Part shown: positions 1 through 8,276 of the stretch, piece by piece
Layout: each line of letters opens with the position of its first letter
Numbering within the stretch: position 1 is the stretch's first letter
NCBI GenBank assembly: GCA_016202875.1
Contig: JACQNX010000077.1
Coordinates: forward strand, 1-39,732
Length of the DNA stretch: 39,732 nucleotides
Reading direction: 5' to 3'
DNA from: Candidatus Aenigmatarchaeota archaeon
GTDB taxonomy: Archaea > Aenigmatarchaeota > Aenigmatarchaeia > GW2011-AR5
Position numbers and translations under genes: made by a program
The notes under the pieces: model-generated
The model's input: the letters and a program-made list of their open reading frames with translations, nothing else
Told to the model about the DNA's origin: nothing
Databases searched by the model: none

Positions 1-278
1 GCAGAAGCTTTATAGACCAGTACAAGAAAACATACAATTCTGACCCTGTGAATGACTGGTTCGCGGGCTCAAGCTATGATTCTGTTTTTATTATAAGCAA
101 TGCCCTGCGCAAATGCGGGGGAGATACTGAATGCGTCAAGAATTTCCTCTACAACATGGATTGGTATGAAGGCACAATTGGAAGATATAAGTTTGACAGC
201 AAGGGCGATGTTATCGGCATAGTTTTTGCTCTGAAAATTGTAAGAAACGGGGCTTTTGCTTTGTATGATGCACCCTGA
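1..278 (+). CDS. LivK/Peripla_BP_6-type ABC substrate-binding protein, C-terminal part (5' end cut by window edge)
   Basis: Frame 3 is open from nt 3 (RSFIDQYKKTYNSDP..SYDSV..GTIGRYKFDSKGDV..KIVRNGAF). It is collinear with the C-termini of the full-length paralogs in this window. TGA at 276-278. Confidence 0.85.
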   Translation, partial: RSFIDQYKKTYNSDPVNDWFAGSSYDSVFIISNALRKCGGDTECVKNFLYNMDWYEGTIGRYKFDSKGDVIGIVFALKIVRNGAFALYDAP

Positions 279-342
279 TCTGATGAACAGGTATATTTCA
301 AATGCCGCCTATCTTGCGCTGATATGCGTGGGGGAGCTGGCA

Positions 343-371
343 GGCAAAAACACGACCTACCCGTTTTTGCC
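343..371. repeat. Perfect 9-bp inverted repeat GGCAAAAAC / GTTTTTGCC with an 11-nt loop
   Basis: Read directly from the sequence, 65 nt after the SBP stop codon. Possible transcript-end hairpin or protein-binding site. Confidence 0.4.
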
Positions 372-438
372 GAGAAGCCCAGGAACCGGCAGATTCGCAG
401 ATTTTAAATACATGTATGACATGTAATATATAGGTGGT

Positions 439-666
439 TTGATGCAGCTCAGCGTAAGAGATGTTGATGACAGCGTATTCAAGAAATTCAAGGCTTGGGC
501 AGCTGAAGAAGACATGCCAATAGGAAAAGCGCTCACCATGGCTATGGACCAGTTCATAGCTTGGAGAGACACTAAAATTAAGCCAACGGATATTAAACCT
601 CTCAATCTCGGGAAACGTGCAAGGAATCTTAGCGAAGAAATAGATAAAGTTTTGTACGGTGATTAG
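439..666 (+). CDS. vapB: Small antitoxin (VapB-like) of a PIN-toxin pair
   Basis: 75-aa ORF with TTG start, immediately 5' of a PIN-domain ORF. Small, charged N-terminal DNA-binding-like region (MQLSVRDVDDSVFKKFKAWAAEE). Confidence 0.6.
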   Translation: MMQLSVRDVDDSVFKKFKAWAAEEDMPIGKALTMAMDQFIAWRDTKIKPTDIKPLNLGKRARNLSEEIDKVLYGD

Positions 667-1068
667 ATTTCTATATTAATTGACTCAAGTGTTCTGGTTT
701 CAGCCTATAGTGAGACAGATAAAAATTATGAAATAGGGCGTAAAATATTGAAAGATATAGAAAGTGGAAAGTATGGAGAATGGTTTGTATCGGACTATGT
801 AATTGATGAAACTTTAACTGCCATGTTCTCGATATCGAAAAATAAAGAAGAAGTGGCAAAACTTGGTAAAAATCTTCTAAAGGCGTTCACACTGCTCAGC
901 GTGCCTCATGTCATATTCCTTGATGCTTTTGAAATATTCTCGAAGAAAAATAAAATGAGCTTCACTGATTCCACTTTACTTTCAATGGCAAACAAATATG
1001 GTATTGAATACATAGCCACATTCGATAAGGAAATCAAAAAGCATTTCAAAAACTGTGTGGATTCGTGA
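667..1068 (+). CDS. vapC: PIN-domain ribonuclease toxin (VapC-like); start codon unresolved
   Basis: All PIN acidic positions are present: ILIDSSVL, DYVIDET, SFTDSTLL, IATFDKE. The first Asp (LID, about nt 679-687) lies upstream of the first ATG/GTG/TTG (748). The frame runs directly out of the vapB TAG at 664-666. Confidence 0.7.
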   Translation: MSILIDSSVLVSAYSETDKNYEIGRKILKDIESGKYGEWFVSDYVIDETLTAMFSISKNKEEVAKLGKNLLKAFTLLSVPHVIFLDAFEIFSKKNKMSFTDSTLLSMANKYGIEYIATFDKEIKKHFKNCVDS

Positions 1069-1076
1069 ATTGAAAA

Positions 1077-1943
1077 ATGGTCCTCGAGCAGCTCATCGTC
1101 AACGGCATCATCGCGGGCGGCATCTACGCCCTTGTTGCGATAGGCTTCTCGATGACCTACGGCCTGCTGCGGTTCCTCAACATCGCCCACGGCTCGCTCT
1201 ACGTCATCGGGGCGTACCTCGCGTTTGTGTTCTTCTCCGCGGGCTTGCATATTGTAGGCGCTTTCATCCTTGCGGTCATCGGCGGCGCGCTTGCCGGCGT
1301 CGTGATGAACTATTCAGTATACAAGCCGCTTCGCAAAAAAAAGTCCAGCTCCCTCATCATGCTGCTGGCTTCTCTCGGCATCTTCATATTTGTTGAGAAC
1401 TTCATAATCGCGGCATTCGGCGCAGAGGTGAGGACGATAAGGACAGGCCCTGTGACGCAGGGCATGGACTTTCTTGGCGCCATCATCACGCAGACGCAGG
1501 TCGTGATAATAATTGTTTCCTTGCTGACGCTGCTGCTGGTTGAATTATTCCTGCTGAAAACAAAAACAGGAAAGGCTATGCGCGCGACAGCAGACAACAA
1601 GGACGTGGCGCAGGTTGTCGGCATCAATGTTGAGAGAATTACAACTTATACATTTGCACTTGCATCTGCGCTTGCTGCGAGCGCTGGCGTGCTGATAGCG
1701 ATAGAGCAGAACCTAGAGCCGACGATGGGGTTCACTGCGATTATCAAGGGCTTTACGGCAGGCGTTGTAGGAGGGCTGGGCTCTGTCAGGGGAGCAGTGG
1801 CAGGCGCATTTCTTTTGGGATTAGTTGAGAACATCGGGATATGGTTCCTGCCATCGGGCTACAAGGACGCGATTGCGTTTGTAGTGCTTGTAATTTTCCT
1901 GCTCTTCAGGCCGCAGGGGATTTTCGGGAGGAAGGAGGCGTGA
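1077..1943 (+). CDS. livH: Branched-chain amino acid ABC transporter permease LivH
   Basis: 288 aa, multi-TM. Typical LivH N-terminus (LEQLIVNGIIAGGIYALVAIGFSMTYG) and C-terminus (GIFG). ATG 8 nt after the vapC stop. Confidence 0.9.
   Translation: MVLEQLIVNGIIAGGIYALVAIGFSMTYGLLRFLNIAHGSLYVIGAYLAFVFFSAGLHIVGAFILAVIGGALAGVVMNYSVYKPLRKKKSSSLIMLLASLGIFIFVENFIIAAFGAEVRTIRTGPVTQGMDFLGAIITQTQVVIIIVSLLTLLLVELFLLKTKTGKAMRATADNKDVAQVVGINVERITTYTFALASALAASAGVLIAIEQNLEPTMGFTAIIKGFTAGVVGGLGSVRGAVAGAFLLGLVENIGIWFLPSGYKDAIAFVVLVIFLLFRPQGIFGRKEA
1887..1938 (+). repeat. 52-nt direct repeat copy 1 (3' end of livH including GGAGGAAGGAGG)
   Basis: CTTGTAATTTTCCTGCTCTTCAGGCCGCAGGGGATTTTCGGGAGGAAGGAGG is identical to 3064-3115. 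Confidence 0.95.
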
Positions 1944-3046
1944 AGAGAAGAACGCAGTGGATTGTAATAGTCATTGTAGTTCTTATTCTGGCAGCTTATG
2001 GAACATATTTACAAATGCAACAACCAAAAGAAGAAACAATAAAGATCGGGGCAATACTACCACTAACCGGACTTTATAGCGAAAATGGTCAAAACTCGCT
2101 CAGGGGTTATGAACTTGCGGTTGGCGAAATAAACAGTAAAGGCGGGATAAATGGCAAAAAAATCGAATTAGTTATCGAAGACCATAAGGGGGATGATAAT
2201 GTAGGCGCAGTAAATGCTTATCATAGCATACAAGCTAAAGGAGTAAAAATAATACTTGGACCAAATCATAGTCCAACAGGCCTTGCTGTTGCGCCTATTG
2301 CGTGCCAGGACAAAGCATTGCTTATTTCCCCGTCTATAGGCACTAAAAAATTCTCGCCTACCTGCAATACTATATTCGATGTCTGGCCGGTAGACTATGC
2401 AAACAGCAAAAAGCTGGGAGAAATCGTGGTTAGAAAAGGCTACAAGAAAATTTCTATACTAGGCTCTGTGCAAGAATGGGAAAAAGAACAAGCAGATGCC
2501 GCAAAAGAAGGTGTTCTGTCGGAGAACGGAAACCTTGCAAATTTCATTATAACAGACAACAGCCCGGCAATCGTCAACGCAGATATAACTAAAATAATAA
2601 GTTCCGGAACAGACGCAGTAATATTCACAAACTATGGATACATGGATATCTACGCCAGAAAACTGAAGGAATTTGGATCGGATGGAGATTTTTTTGTTGT
2701 AATCCTTGACGAGACAAGAAAGGATAACGCCCAAGGAGCTTTTGAAAATGCTATAGTAATCTCGTCCTACTCACCTACCCAAGAGTTTATAGAGAAATTT
2801 TCACGCAAATACAACACCAAACCGGATTTTCCGGCAGATACAAGTTATGATGCAGTGATGATTTTAGCCAATTCAATAAAAGAAACAAACAGCACCGATC
2901 CGCCTGTGCTTTCAGAGTATATGCTGAAAATCAAAAATTATGCAGGGGCGTCCGGCAACTTTTCATTTACATCTTCAGGTGACGTCACAAAAGAGCCCAT
3001 ATTTCAAACTGTTCAGAACAACACCATAGTGATGTATGAGGGATGA
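1940..3046 (+). CDS. LivK-type ABC substrate-binding protein, membrane-anchored
   Basis: GTG 1940 overlaps the livH stop (GTGA). N-terminal TM (WIVIVIVVLILAAYG), then IKIGAILPLTG..GINGKKIELVIEDHKGD. The 1841 start in the ORF track is read-through of the livH tail in another frame. Confidence 0.85.
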   Translation: MKRRTQWIVIVIVVLILAAYGTYLQMQQPKEETIKIGAILPLTGLYSENGQNSLRGYELAVGEINSKGGINGKKIELVIEDHKGDDNVGAVNAYHSIQAKGVKIILGPNHSPTGLAVAPIACQDKALLISPSIGTKKFSPTCNTIFDVWPVDYANSKKLGEIVVRKGYKKISILGSVQEWEKEQADAAKEGVLSENGNLANFIITDNSPAIVNADITKIISSGTDAVIFTNYGYMDIYARKLKEFGSDGDFFVVILDETRKDNAQGAFENAIVISSYSPTQEFIEKFSRKYNTKPDFPADTSYDAVMILANSIKETNSTDPPVLSEYMLKIKNYAGASGNFSFTSSGDVTKEPIFQTVQNNTIVMYEG

Positions 3047-3063
3047 AGATAGCTTTCGTCATC

Positions 3064-3115
3064 CTTGTAATTTTCCTGCTCTTCAGGCCGCAGGGGATTT
3101 TCGGGAGGAAGGAGG
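3064..3115 (+). repeat. 52-nt direct repeat copy 2 (orphan copy of the livH 3' end)
   Basis: 100 percent identical to 1887-1938. Ends 1 nt before the ATG of the next SBP gene. Confidence 0.95.
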
Positions 3116-3116
3116 G

Positions 3117-4211
3117 ATGAAATTACTAATTATTTTATTGTTAATTGGGCTGGTTGCAGCAGCTGGATGCGTGCAGGAACAGAAAATGCGAGAGACCGAA
3201 CCATACAAGTTCGGAGCCGCCTTGCAGCTCTCCGGACCTCAGGCGTTTTATGGAAATTTAGTCAAGTATGGCATTGAGCTCGCTACTGAAGACATAAACA
3301 GCGCCGGCGGTATCAATGGCAGGCCAGTTGTAGCGCTTTTCGAAGATACAGCCAGCGACCGTGCGCAAGCAGCGGAAGCTGCCCAAAAGCTCATCCAGGT
3401 TAATAGGATCGATGCACTCTTTACGATTACGCCATGGGTTGCTGGTGTCGTTGCACCGATTGCCGAAGAGAACAAGGTGCCTTATATCTATATAGGATCA
3501 GTTAACGTCTTTGCCTTGAACAAAACATATGTCTTCAAGGATTATCCTTCGCCCCAAGACCTCTGCGAAATCCTGACCAAGAAAGCCCTTGAGGAAGGGC
3601 ACCGCAAAATCGCACTTTTCGGGACTAACGATGAAGTCACCCTTTTCTGCAGGGAGGGTGCCGAACGGCTTACTAACTTGGATGTATTTGAAACCTACAA
3701 TTATGGCGACAAAGACTTCAGAACGCAATTCACGAAGATAAAAGACAGCGGGGCTAGCGCATTGATATTATATGCACAGGTGGCAGACTGCCCGACCACC
3801 TTCAAACAGATCAAAGAACTTGGAATAAGTGTGCAGCTCCTTTTACCTGTACAGAGCTTTGCATGCGGCAGCGCCGATAATACCGCTGCAAACGTTGACG
3901 TATTGGAAGGCTCGTATGGGTCGGACATCGCCCTTGACGAAAACCGCAGAGATACAGCATTCGTGTCGTTCAGAAAGAGACTGGAAGAAAAAGGCTGGCT
4001 TCTCAACATCAGGGGTAGCGCACTTGCCTACGATGTTGTCCATGAAATGGCGAAGGCCTATAGCGGCTGCAACAACAGCCTTTGTGCCGTCAATAACATC
4101 AGATCATTGCAGATGCAAGGGCTTACCGGAAATATCAGCTATAATGGGACTCAAATAGTCAAACGCCAAGTGATGCTAACGAAATTCGTTAACGGCACGT
4201 GGGGAGAGTAG
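3117..4211 (+). CDS. LivK-type ABC substrate-binding lipoprotein
   Basis: MKLLIILLLIGLVAAAGC lipobox-like signal, then GAALQLSGPQAFYG..GINGRPV. The ORF-track start at 3036 is an artefact of the repeated livH tail. Confidence 0.85.
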   Translation: MKLLIILLLIGLVAAAGCVQEQKMRETEPYKFGAALQLSGPQAFYGNLVKYGIELATEDINSAGGINGRPVVALFEDTASDRAQAAEAAQKLIQVNRIDALFTITPWVAGVVAPIAEENKVPYIYIGSVNVFALNKTYVFKDYPSPQDLCEILTKKALEEGHRKIALFGTNDEVTLFCREGAERLTNLDVFETYNYGDKDFRTQFTKIKDSGASALILYAQVADCPTTFKQIKELGISVQLLLPVQSFACGSADNTAANVDVLEGSYGSDIALDENRRDTAFVSFRKRLEEKGWLLNIRGSALAYDVVHEMAKAYSGCNNSLCAVNNIRSLQMQGLTGNISYNGTQIVKRQVMLTKFVNGTWGE

Positions 4212-4273
4212 CATGAATAATGCTTTTATATACTTTAGTATTAATTTAATATTAAAATGATATTGGCGATACC

Positions 4274-4399
4274 ATGAAGATAAGAGGCAAGAACGTTACC
4301 TACTCTATGCACCTCTTAGGCAAACTTTACAGGGAAGATCACTTGGACATCGTTAACAATATACTGAAAACCGGGAAGTGGGAAAAGAAAGGTGGTTAG
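4274..4399 (+). pseudogene. Truncated small toxin-like ORF, homologous in position to 7545-7814
   Basis: 41-aa ORF (MKIRGKNVTYSMHLLGKLYREDHLDIVNNILKTGKWEKKGG) directly 5' of a Zn-ribbon/AbrB antitoxin gene. About half the length of its counterpart. Confidence 0.35.
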
Positions 4400-4443
4400 A
4401 GAGTTCCCAGACAGATTCAAAATAATAACCATAGGTGGTAAAT

Positions 4444-4758
4444 ATGAAAAGATATACCAGATGTGAATGCGGCGGAGAGTTGAAGCTGGCTGAAGTAGAA
4501 GTTGTGCCAGGTATAAAGAGCGAGGCCTACAGATGCGAGAAATGCGGGGAAATGGAATTCACAGAAGAGCAGATGAGGGAAGCTTTGCGCAAGAAAGAGA
4601 GAGCAATAAAAATAATGGTCACCCGCAAGCTTGGCGAGATTGGCGGCTCTTTGGTGCTTAGAATACCAAAGTCAGTAGAGAACCGGATGAAATTAAAGGC
4701 CGGCGAAGAAGTCAGCGTTACAGTAGAAAAAAACAAAATTATCATTGAGCCTGCATGA
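4444..4758 (+). CDS. Zn-ribbon + AbrB/SpoVT-fold antitoxin-like DNA-binding protein
   Basis: CECGG..CEKCG zinc ribbon, then SpoVT/AbrB-like GGSLVLRIPKSVENRMKLKAGEEV. AGGTGG lies 6 nt before ATG 4444. Paralog of 7232-7570. Confidence 0.65.
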   Translation: MKRYTRCECGGELKLAEVEVVPGIKSEAYRCEKCGEMEFTEEQMREALRKKERAIKIMVTRKLGEIGGSLVLRIPKSVENRMKLKAGEEVSVTVEKNKIIIEPA

Positions 4759-4795
4759 ATAGCAAAAAGCTAGCTGTAAGAAGAGACTCTCATGA

Positions 4796-5233
4796 AAAAA
4801 GAGCGCAGTGGCAGGCGCCTTCCTCAAGCAAGCAAGAGAGCTCGGAATAAATGCTACCATCATTAGCATGTCAGAGGCAGAAGATCCCAATGTTCTCGAA
4901 TCTGCAGGAAATGCTGCCGAAGGATTTATCATATCTTCATCAGAACCTGCTATAAAAACGGACAGCATCAAGCGCTTTGAAGAAAGCTACAAAAACAAAT
5001 TCGGCAGACTGCCAGATGTGCTGGCTGCAAACGCCTATGATGCACTGCATATACAGATTGCAGCCTACCAGAAGTGCCTAGGCGGGAAAGAATGCATGAA
5101 AGCCGAGCTGCACAAAACAAGCAACTATCCAGGAATCAGCGGCCAGATAACAATCCAGCCAGATGGCTCGACATCAAAGCCATTGATCTTAAAAATTGTC
5201 AGGAACGGCACGTTCGTGAGGTATGAGGAATGA
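4796..5233 (+). pseudogene. 5'-truncated LivK-type SBP gene (C-terminal lobe only)
   Basis: Frame opens after TGA 4793-4795. Encodes only ..GAFLKQARELGI..AAEGFI..ANAYDALH..ISGQITIQPDGS..KIVRNGTFVRYEE. No signal peptide or N-lobe. Confidence 0.75.
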
Positions 5234-5241
5234 AGGCGTGC

Positions 5242-5973
5242 TCACGCTTCAGCGGGCTTCGCGATTTTCCATAGTATGTCGACGTAGCTCCTGTAAGATT
5301 CTGCAACTTCTTCGCTGTCTACGACTATTACGGTGATTATCTCAAACATTAGCCAGAATGTTACCTTGTTTCCAAATATAACTGTTACTACAGGACTCTT
5401 GTAGCCTTTTGGCAGGAACCTCATGTTAAAACCTTTGATTTTGATTTGTTTTGCACCTTCCATGCTAAGATATCTTCCCTTAATGCCAAGCTTTTCCATT
5501 TGTTTATACCATCTTTTGTGGAATTCTGGAAAAAGCGACCGTGTCCTGTACTGGTCTATGCCTATACCTATTATTTCTTTCCCGGTTTTCACGGTTTCTC
5601 TTGTCCCCATGCTTATGACATTCTTGGCGCCTTCCTTGCCCTCATAAACTTCTACTTTTGGCCTGCTTTTGAGCGGTTTGTAAATACTTTTAAGATCTGG
5701 GAGGACTTCTTCCACTGCCTTCTTTTTCTGCTCAATAAAAGAAACGAGGCTCTCGGGGTCTGCAGGGATGAAAAATTTCTTATTGCCCTTGATCACAGTG
5801 CTGGTCATCCCCTTTTTGATCAGAGAATTAAGCGTGTCGTATGTATTTGTTCTCTGCTCCCCAGACATTTTCGAAATCTGGGCAGCAGTAGCCTCCTTTA
5901 GCCTTAGCAAGTTTATGTACGCCTCTGCTTCCCGCTTTGACAAACCTGCCTCTATGAGGGATTTGACTTCCAT
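5242..5973 (-). CDS. TrmB-family transcriptional regulator
   Basis: N-terminal wHTH (LIEAGLSKREAEAYINLLRLKEATAAQISKMSG) plus a TrmB-type C-terminal domain. Divergent from the SBP gene at 6056. Confidence 0.8.
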   Translation of the reverse strand: MEVKSLIEAGLSKREAEAYINLLRLKEATAAQISKMSGEQRTNTYDTLNSLIKKGMTSTVIKGNKKFFIPADPESLVSFIEQKKKAVEEVLPDLKSIYKPLKSRPKVEVYEGKEGAKNVISMGTRETVKTGKEIIGIGIDQYRTRSLFPEFHKRWYKQMEKLGIKGRYLSMEGAKQIKIKGFNMRFLPKGYKSPVVTVIFGNKVTFWLMFEIITVIVVDSEEVAESYRSYVDILWKIAKPAEA

Positions 5974-6055
5974 ACACAATAATTATGTATTCGTATTTAT
6001 ATTTGTATATTTTTATACAACATATCTTTAAACACTACCATGTAATAATAACTCT

Positions 6056-7180
6056 ATGGTGTGGTCGAAATACACGGTCCTTGCAGTGTTCGTTGCAGCA
6101 GTAGTTATTGCACTTCTTGTTGCGCTCAATACAGCGCAGCGAGCGGAGACAATAAAAATCGGCACAGACTATGCACTCACTGGGAATCTAGCGCGATACG
6201 GCGACTGGGCAACCAGGGGAATTAATCTGGCTGCTGAAGAAATAAATTCACAAGGCGAAATTAACGGGGAGCATGTTGAGATTATCTTTGAGGACAGCAA
6301 AGGCCAACCGTCTGACGCTGTAACTGCCTACAACAAATTGAAAAATGTTGACGGCGTAAAGTATGTCATCACCTTCCAGAGCAGTGTCGCATTGGCAGTC
6401 GCAAAGCTGGCAAATGAAGACAAAATAGTACAAATGGACGTTTCCGCCACTACACCGTCATACAGCACGCCAGATGATTATACTTTCAGAAGCGGCATAG
6501 TCGCGACACAGCTTGCCAAAGAATCTGCAGACGTACTGTTCAATAAGCTTAATGCAACAAAAGCCGGGATTCTTTACATCAACAACGACTTTGGCAGGGG
6601 GATGTTAAACGTTTTCAAGAATTCTTACAAAGGAGAAATAGCTGCTGAGGAGAGCTTTGATCAGGACACTTCTGATTTCAGGACGCAGCTCCTTAAGTTA
6701 AAGGAAGCAAACGTGAGCACAATATTCCTTGTTTCGCACATCAAAGAAGGCGGGATCCTTGTCAGGCAGGCTAGAGAAATGGGGCTGAATGCAAAATTCT
6801 TCAGCGATGTCTATTCTGTGGAAGGTCCGGAATTCATCAATACGGCAAAAGATGCGGCAGAAGGGATAATCTATGTTTCCCCGAAATTTGATGTGAACGG
6901 GACTGATCCAGCTGTTTCGTCATTCGTCACGCGCTACAGAGAAAAATACGGCGAAGAGCCTGTCGTGTTCGCAGCGCAGGCTTACGACGGATTAATTGCG
7001 CTTGCCAAAGCCCTGAAAAACTGCAAATACGAAGACACGGATTGTGTGAGGCAGGAACTGATGAAACTGGACATGGAGGGCGCATCCGGCCATATCAAGT
7101 TCGATATCAATGGCGATGTCCAGAAGCCTGTGGAATTAAAAATAATTTCAAATGGAACGTATATGACATACGGTGGCTGA
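6056..7180 (+). CDS. LivK-type ABC substrate-binding protein, membrane-anchored
   Basis: N-terminal TM, then IKIGTDYALTGNLARYG..INGEHVEIIFEDSKGQP..AQAYDGL..ASGHIKFDINGDV. Confidence 0.85.
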   Translation: MVWSKYTVLAVFVAAVVIALLVALNTAQRAETIKIGTDYALTGNLARYGDWATRGINLAAEEINSQGEINGEHVEIIFEDSKGQPSDAVTAYNKLKNVDGVKYVITFQSSVALAVAKLANEDKIVQMDVSATTPSYSTPDDYTFRSGIVATQLAKESADVLFNKLNATKAGILYINNDFGRGMLNVFKNSYKGEIAAEESFDQDTSDFRTQLLKLKEANVSTIFLVSHIKEGGILVRQAREMGLNAKFFSDVYSVEGPEFINTAKDAAEGIIYVSPKFDVNGTDPAVSSFVTRYREKYGEEPVVFAAQAYDGLIALAKALKNCKYEDTDCVRQELMKLDMEGASGHIKFDINGDVQKPVELKIISNGTYMTYGG

Positions 7181-7231
7181 ACTGCAGTCCTCCCCTTCGA
7201 GAACCTTACAGGCTATTTTTAACAGCCTGCG

Positions 7232-7570
7232 CTAATCGAGCTCGATCCCTATTCTTGTCATGCTTTCGGGGGACAGCCCCACGGTTTCGCCCTTTTGCAG
7301 GCCGTACAGTTCGGTGATTTCTTTGGGAAGCGTTATCACAAGGCTCTGGCCGACTGTCCTTATCTTCACCCTAACGCGGCTTTTCTTCAGCGCCTCAAAC
7401 CTGCTTATTTTCAGCGAGTCCTCGGGATGGATGTACTCCTTTTTGCACTTTTTGCAGACCCAGCCCCTTACTTCGTAGTCTTTGTATTTTACAGTGCTTC
7501 TGCCAGCCATGCCACCGCATTCGCACGGTATCTCTGTCCACTTGTTAATGTCCACCTGTTTTGCCGACAT
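7232..7570 (-). CDS. Zn-ribbon + AbrB/SpoVT-fold antitoxin-like protein
   Basis: CECGG..CKKCK zinc ribbon, then GQSLVITLPKEITELYGLQKGETV. Overlaps the upstream small toxin-like ORF by 26 nt. Confidence 0.65.
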   Translation of the reverse strand: MSAKQVDINKWTEIPCECGGMAGRSTVKYKDYEVRGWVCKKCKKEYIHPEDSLKISRFEALKKSRVRVKIRTVGQSLVITLPKEITELYGLQKGETVGLSPESMTRIGIELD

Positions 7571-7814
7571 GGATAATCCTCCAAAATGAACCTTCCCGCC
7601 ATTCTACCAGCGCTGCAACAACCCTGATCTCTTTGCCTTTCCTGTAAAGACATCTTTCAACTGTACTTTGCGCCCTTCTGCTTCTTGAGCAGTCGTAGCC
7701 TTGCTCCAATACATCCTTGACCTGCCACAGGTTTAGCATAATTTCATCCATTTCCCTCTGGCAGTCCTTGGTCGGAACCAGGGGCCTCCCTTCGAACAAC
7801 GGATATTCATACAT
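7545..7814 (-). CDS. Small putative toxin, partner of the Zn-ribbon/AbrB protein (family not recognised with certainty)
   Basis: 89-aa ORF upstream of and overlapping the antitoxin-like gene. Toxin-first order as in MqsRA/HigBA-type loci. Confidence 0.4.
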   Translation of the reverse strand: MYEYPLFEGRPLVPTKDCQREMDEIMLNLWQVKDVLEQGYDCSRSRRAQSTVERCLYRKGKEIRVVAALVEWREGSFWRIIHVGKTGGH

Positions 7815-7873
7815 AGATTTCTAGACTTATATATCTTTGATTGAATATTTAAAGATATCTTAAGATATCTTGA

Positions 7874-8035
7874 ATGGACACAATGCGGCCACCAGAAATA
7901 TATAGCAATATTGCAGAAATAAACTTTACAGGAGTTTCTGGACAAATCTATTTTGGCAATAATTATTATCCAGAAAATAAACAGCCTATGCTGGAAATTA
8001 TATCTGACGGAACTTTTGCGGGGTATGGTGGATGA
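7874..8035 (+). pseudogene. Remnant of the extreme C-terminus of a LivK-type SBP gene
   Basis: 53-codon ORF ..NFTGVSGQIYFGNNYYPENKQPMLEIISDGTFAGYGG* matches the last ~45 aa of the intact paralogs (compare GASGHIKFD..ELKIISNGTYMTYGG). Confidence 0.7.
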
Positions 8036-8095
8036 AAGCGCTGGGACACATGAGCATATTTAAGCTATAAGCTGCAATTAATTAATGGTGATATT

Positions 8096-8275
8096 ATGGA
8101 ACACATTTATCCTGAGCTGAAGAAGATAGAGAATGAGCTGAAAGAGATAAAGGTGATGCTGAAAACACAGGGTGAGAAGAAACCTGTAAAACTTGGGGGC
8201 ATGCTTAAGGGGGCGAAGATTACAGAGAATGATATTAAAGAGGCCAAGAAGTCGCTGCTGAAACCAAGGGATTAG
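8096..8275 (+). CDS. Small coiled-coil antitoxin-like protein
   Basis: 59-aa ORF below the ORF-track cutoff (MEHIYPELKKIENELKEIKVMLK..). Ends 1 nt before the PIN gene. Paralog of 16623-16793. Confidence 0.55.
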   Translation: MEHIYPELKKIENELKEIKVMLKTQGEKKPVKLGGMLKGAKITENDIKEAKKSLLKPRD

Positions 8276-8276
8276 G

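Noticed and set aside
1-13. 13-nt identity between the window start (GCAGAAGCTTTAT) and the livF 3' end (22598-22610; also 24607-24619), and 14-nt identity between 4803-4816 and livH 1796-1809 (GCAGTGGCAGGCGC), considered as recombination junctions
   Set aside because: Exact matches of 13-14 nt are expected a few times by chance in a 40-kb self-comparison. In both cases the local reading frame encodes normal SBP sequence (..SFIDQYKKTY.. and ..GAFLKQARELG..) without needing a chimera.
906-1396. Long ORFs 906-1250 (minus) and 1055-1396 (plus) overlapping livH; likewise 8583-9137 (minus), 8908-9099 and 8942-9133 over livM
   Set aside because: These are shadow ORFs caused by the GC-rich permease sequence. 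Their translations are Arg/Pro/His-rich low-complexity strings, whereas the livH and livM frames carry family motifs.
1841-1939. N-terminal extensions of the SBP ORFs in the ORF track (1841-1939 and 3036-3116, shared peptide NFPALQAAGDFREEGG)
   Set aside because: The shared peptide is just the 52-nt livH-tail repeat read in another frame. Real starts are GTG 1940 (overlapping the livH stop) and ATG 3117, each followed directly by a signal or anchor sequence.
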